A DNA stretch of 64,000 nucleotides, taken from IMG/VR virus record IMGVR_UViG_3300014969_000018, positions 6,658 through 70,657 of that record; one strand, 5' to 3'. Shown piece by piece: positions 63,901 through 64,000 of this stretch. The notes below the pieces were generated by a model. It was not told the DNA's origin. It ran no database searches and saw only the letters and a list, made by a program, of their open reading frames with translations. Both the position numbers and the translations under genes were made by a program. The stretch's first letter is position 1; the number at the start of each line of letters is the position of its first letter. This stretch comes from a virus. Its lineage: Duplodnaviria; Caudoviricetes.

Positions 63901-64000
63901 CGGGACCGCCACCGGGGCCACCCTGACCGTAACCGCTGTTGCCCTCACCGTAGCCACCGAAGCCGCCGCCAAAGCCGCCACCGAAGCCGCCAAAGCCGCC
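57983..64000 (-). CDS. Giant low-complexity Ala/Gly/Pro/Asp-rich virion protein; 5' end beyond the window
   Basis: The frame is open from base 64000 (GGFGGFGGGFGGG...) to the stop at 57983. C-terminal GRTDRIPM...GSFVIPADVVSGLGEGNTMAGA and GGEMLVDPEIVAALGGGD. Confidence 0.8.
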   Translation of the reverse strand, partial: GGFGGFGGGFGGGFGGYGEGNSGYGQGGPGGGPGEGQGGPGQGPGGGPGAGWGGPGAGPGAGPGAVSGGPAASGLGFGLGDPGGKGGPAAAGPDTGNFGNPSAAAYGISGVSGISAAALGLTADMAPGAIAGALEAAGMPAAQAAAYGAYAGVGALSGGFFGPGDLGAATPGTGSFGIGDAGGGGTNALGLAAADLGATEAAYAAGYGPGYGGTLGGGNPSAGASPAMASNTVSGGFAGNASDVGGGYSSGPGGGLASGDQSGDTDDTSGYSTSVSGGTDVTASDDQASDDGKGGPAATASNTAAAATGFGFGDTNVSSKGDVSLASLSTTDGKGDLGAPSDDPGDIDQSNPQVGDQPTFANPTVAVANPNTSPAFASFGLSPSAYGNPTTGGWESTFGSLGAPGTVGFGASNEAFGGAPAGWGGGLSVGDAVSQAAADALAAQGQTGPSVSDTDMDAAAQAEADKASPAPAPGLSPPATAPAEPDPGFEAPSIDRGVTTEPLGDLSKGAVTDLDVATALALAGKGVDMDKANNQTTTQGPGDFGALGSDPGSGAKGGGFESNQAQSIAAAVDTDPAAAPADQTQDAPVAAPAPGLAAPAPGISLSVAADTLSGFSQDPGGPFGPAGPGAYGLTTDDRGNVATPAPAPSAEPDAQSVIGGLAPSVTAVTDAITNAVQGLGYTGVAHGAPAQAGAPATDTFSGFATDPGGPFGPAGPGAYGLTTDDKGNVETPAPAPGLEAPEVGPDAKGVLGGLTPSMEIASKSISLDPYVGTTHDEPYGPAIDPSVPVSPQEPFAPVAPPPPSPNPIDIGPAPGFNAPVSNQASLDLGSVLGSVLGISPAQAAELGSVASDRAAAQAQQNNTPAPAPGVNAPTAAELSGGLSPTAAQAFSNSLDPGTVTGGPSFSADPSYGMGNFTGGFTAAPAAGLGSYGLGTVSGYTGDPTAGGLIGGGGPTGGLTGGQTTGDPTTSADDPATDAPAPGTAPAAAPAPGTVATIGAAIANELSGGKATANQAFSNSLDPGTITGGPSFSADPNYGFSPGNFTAAPGNLGTYGLGTVGGYTGDPTAGGLVGGTPTGGMTGGLATSADLAGAVTGGAQTGGIEGTQGTDDDSQTAAPGTQAATHANTAAQDALDAAHAADFAASKGAPATTQDMENLSAAHDLTPAPATVSTQAAQEAAAQAQAENEAQAQNENVSAVVDQLAASEQDQQVSDTLTAADKSVVAPAPGLTNQAITATVDQAIADNQAATQAAIATQTQALTDIATPPAAPAPAPAAPAPGLGPAPGHANPATMGSTPGLSAVEQGHANQAAMEAAPAAPAPGHANQAAMEAQGLGAVTQGHANQAAMDAQTGLGEKGHANEEAFESMDPSTLDPAIAPSLTPAEKAAAQQQTINSIVTQATKGITSKEDAMAKGAQARSALEKAGVPPAQAKAALTDIATKAAAALGWSTTAPFGIGTMVSSQIAAGIEQAMVGYNPAAPAAPAPAPTATPGIGHANAEAFEGMDAATFGGFPAADPSTAPGLAEPGTVTPGLDPYSFDPTPMSQQTGQQEQTPAPAPAVSPQPSADIQGRSPATIADIVDAMTQANKDQTWSTPVEVTTTTPQTTTPQTTTPQTTPQTPAPAPAPAPSQGPAPSTTSPAPGVPAPSSPAAAQAIASATQAADANPRLPERVAAMAPGLVEATAKAFGVSTQVAAMMVMQGVQNQEQEKVQQTAGLGSSSVGFSDIGTGGGGNPSTPMNVDAMVSNVMSSPTAGLGQTPGFAHGGLVRGLAAGGLAKPVASPSSISSMGQQSHFGALNVKPPRGSNLAAINVPAVQSPGAHLINSSVPGRTDRIPMRARTGSFVIPADVVSGLGEGNTMAGAKMWGQLLTHSVTGAAAAGMRRGAAPGLKGGIGRMGRITGPGSRQLPAPRPIVAPPQKVPFQDLPVSSKGLPHGFANGGYLDDMDDETTPIITAGGEMLVDPEIVAALGGGDPEAGTEILCKSIEGIRKQVQAYQKKLPGPSR

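Noticed and set aside
63800-64000. GGC/GCC-rich tandem DNA repeats at the window end
   Set aside because: Explained by Gly-rich coding sequence (GGFGG, GPGGG) of the gene that continues past the edge.
1-64000. tRNA genes, integrase, reverse transcriptase/DGR, DNA polymerase, primase
   Set aside because: None recognised by eye. They could lie in the part of the genome outside this window; tRNAscan and HMM searches would confirm.

Overview
This window is most of a GC-rich dsDNA tailed-phage genome with podovirus-type organisation. An alphaproteobacterial host is inferred, not shown. The minus strand 1-25.3 kb carries the packaging, head and tail-fibre module (terS-like, terL, portal, GroES-like, scaffold, major capsid, adaptor, fibres). 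The mostly plus-strand 26.2-45.3 kb carries early and recombination genes (AAA+ ATPase module, SF2 helicase, methyltransferase, RusA, ERF annealase). The minus strand 45.3-64 kb carries lysis genes and giant internal virion/ejection proteins. I saw no integrase, DNA polymerase, primase, tRNA or cas gene, and both window ends fall inside genes. The standout feature lies between terS and terL: a cassette of promoter > RHH regulator > small ORF > 318-aa protein with the IS110/Nop-type RNA-binding region but no RuvC/DEDD or HNH domain > a 37-unit, 36-nt-period array at 18518-19839. The array alternates two 8-9-nt repeats with unique 9-nt spacers. This is the architecture of a TIGR-Tas (TasA-type, nuclease-less) RNA-guided system, not CRISPR. 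Other notable signals are a small ORF copying the major capsid N-terminus, a 10-nt extended ribosome-binding motif shared by early genes and tasA, RBS-occluding GATTC hairpins on three late genes, an xxGGxV motif in many internal virion proteins, and a VPLPA-CTERM surface-protein gene. All family calls come from reading motifs by eye; no database search was run.
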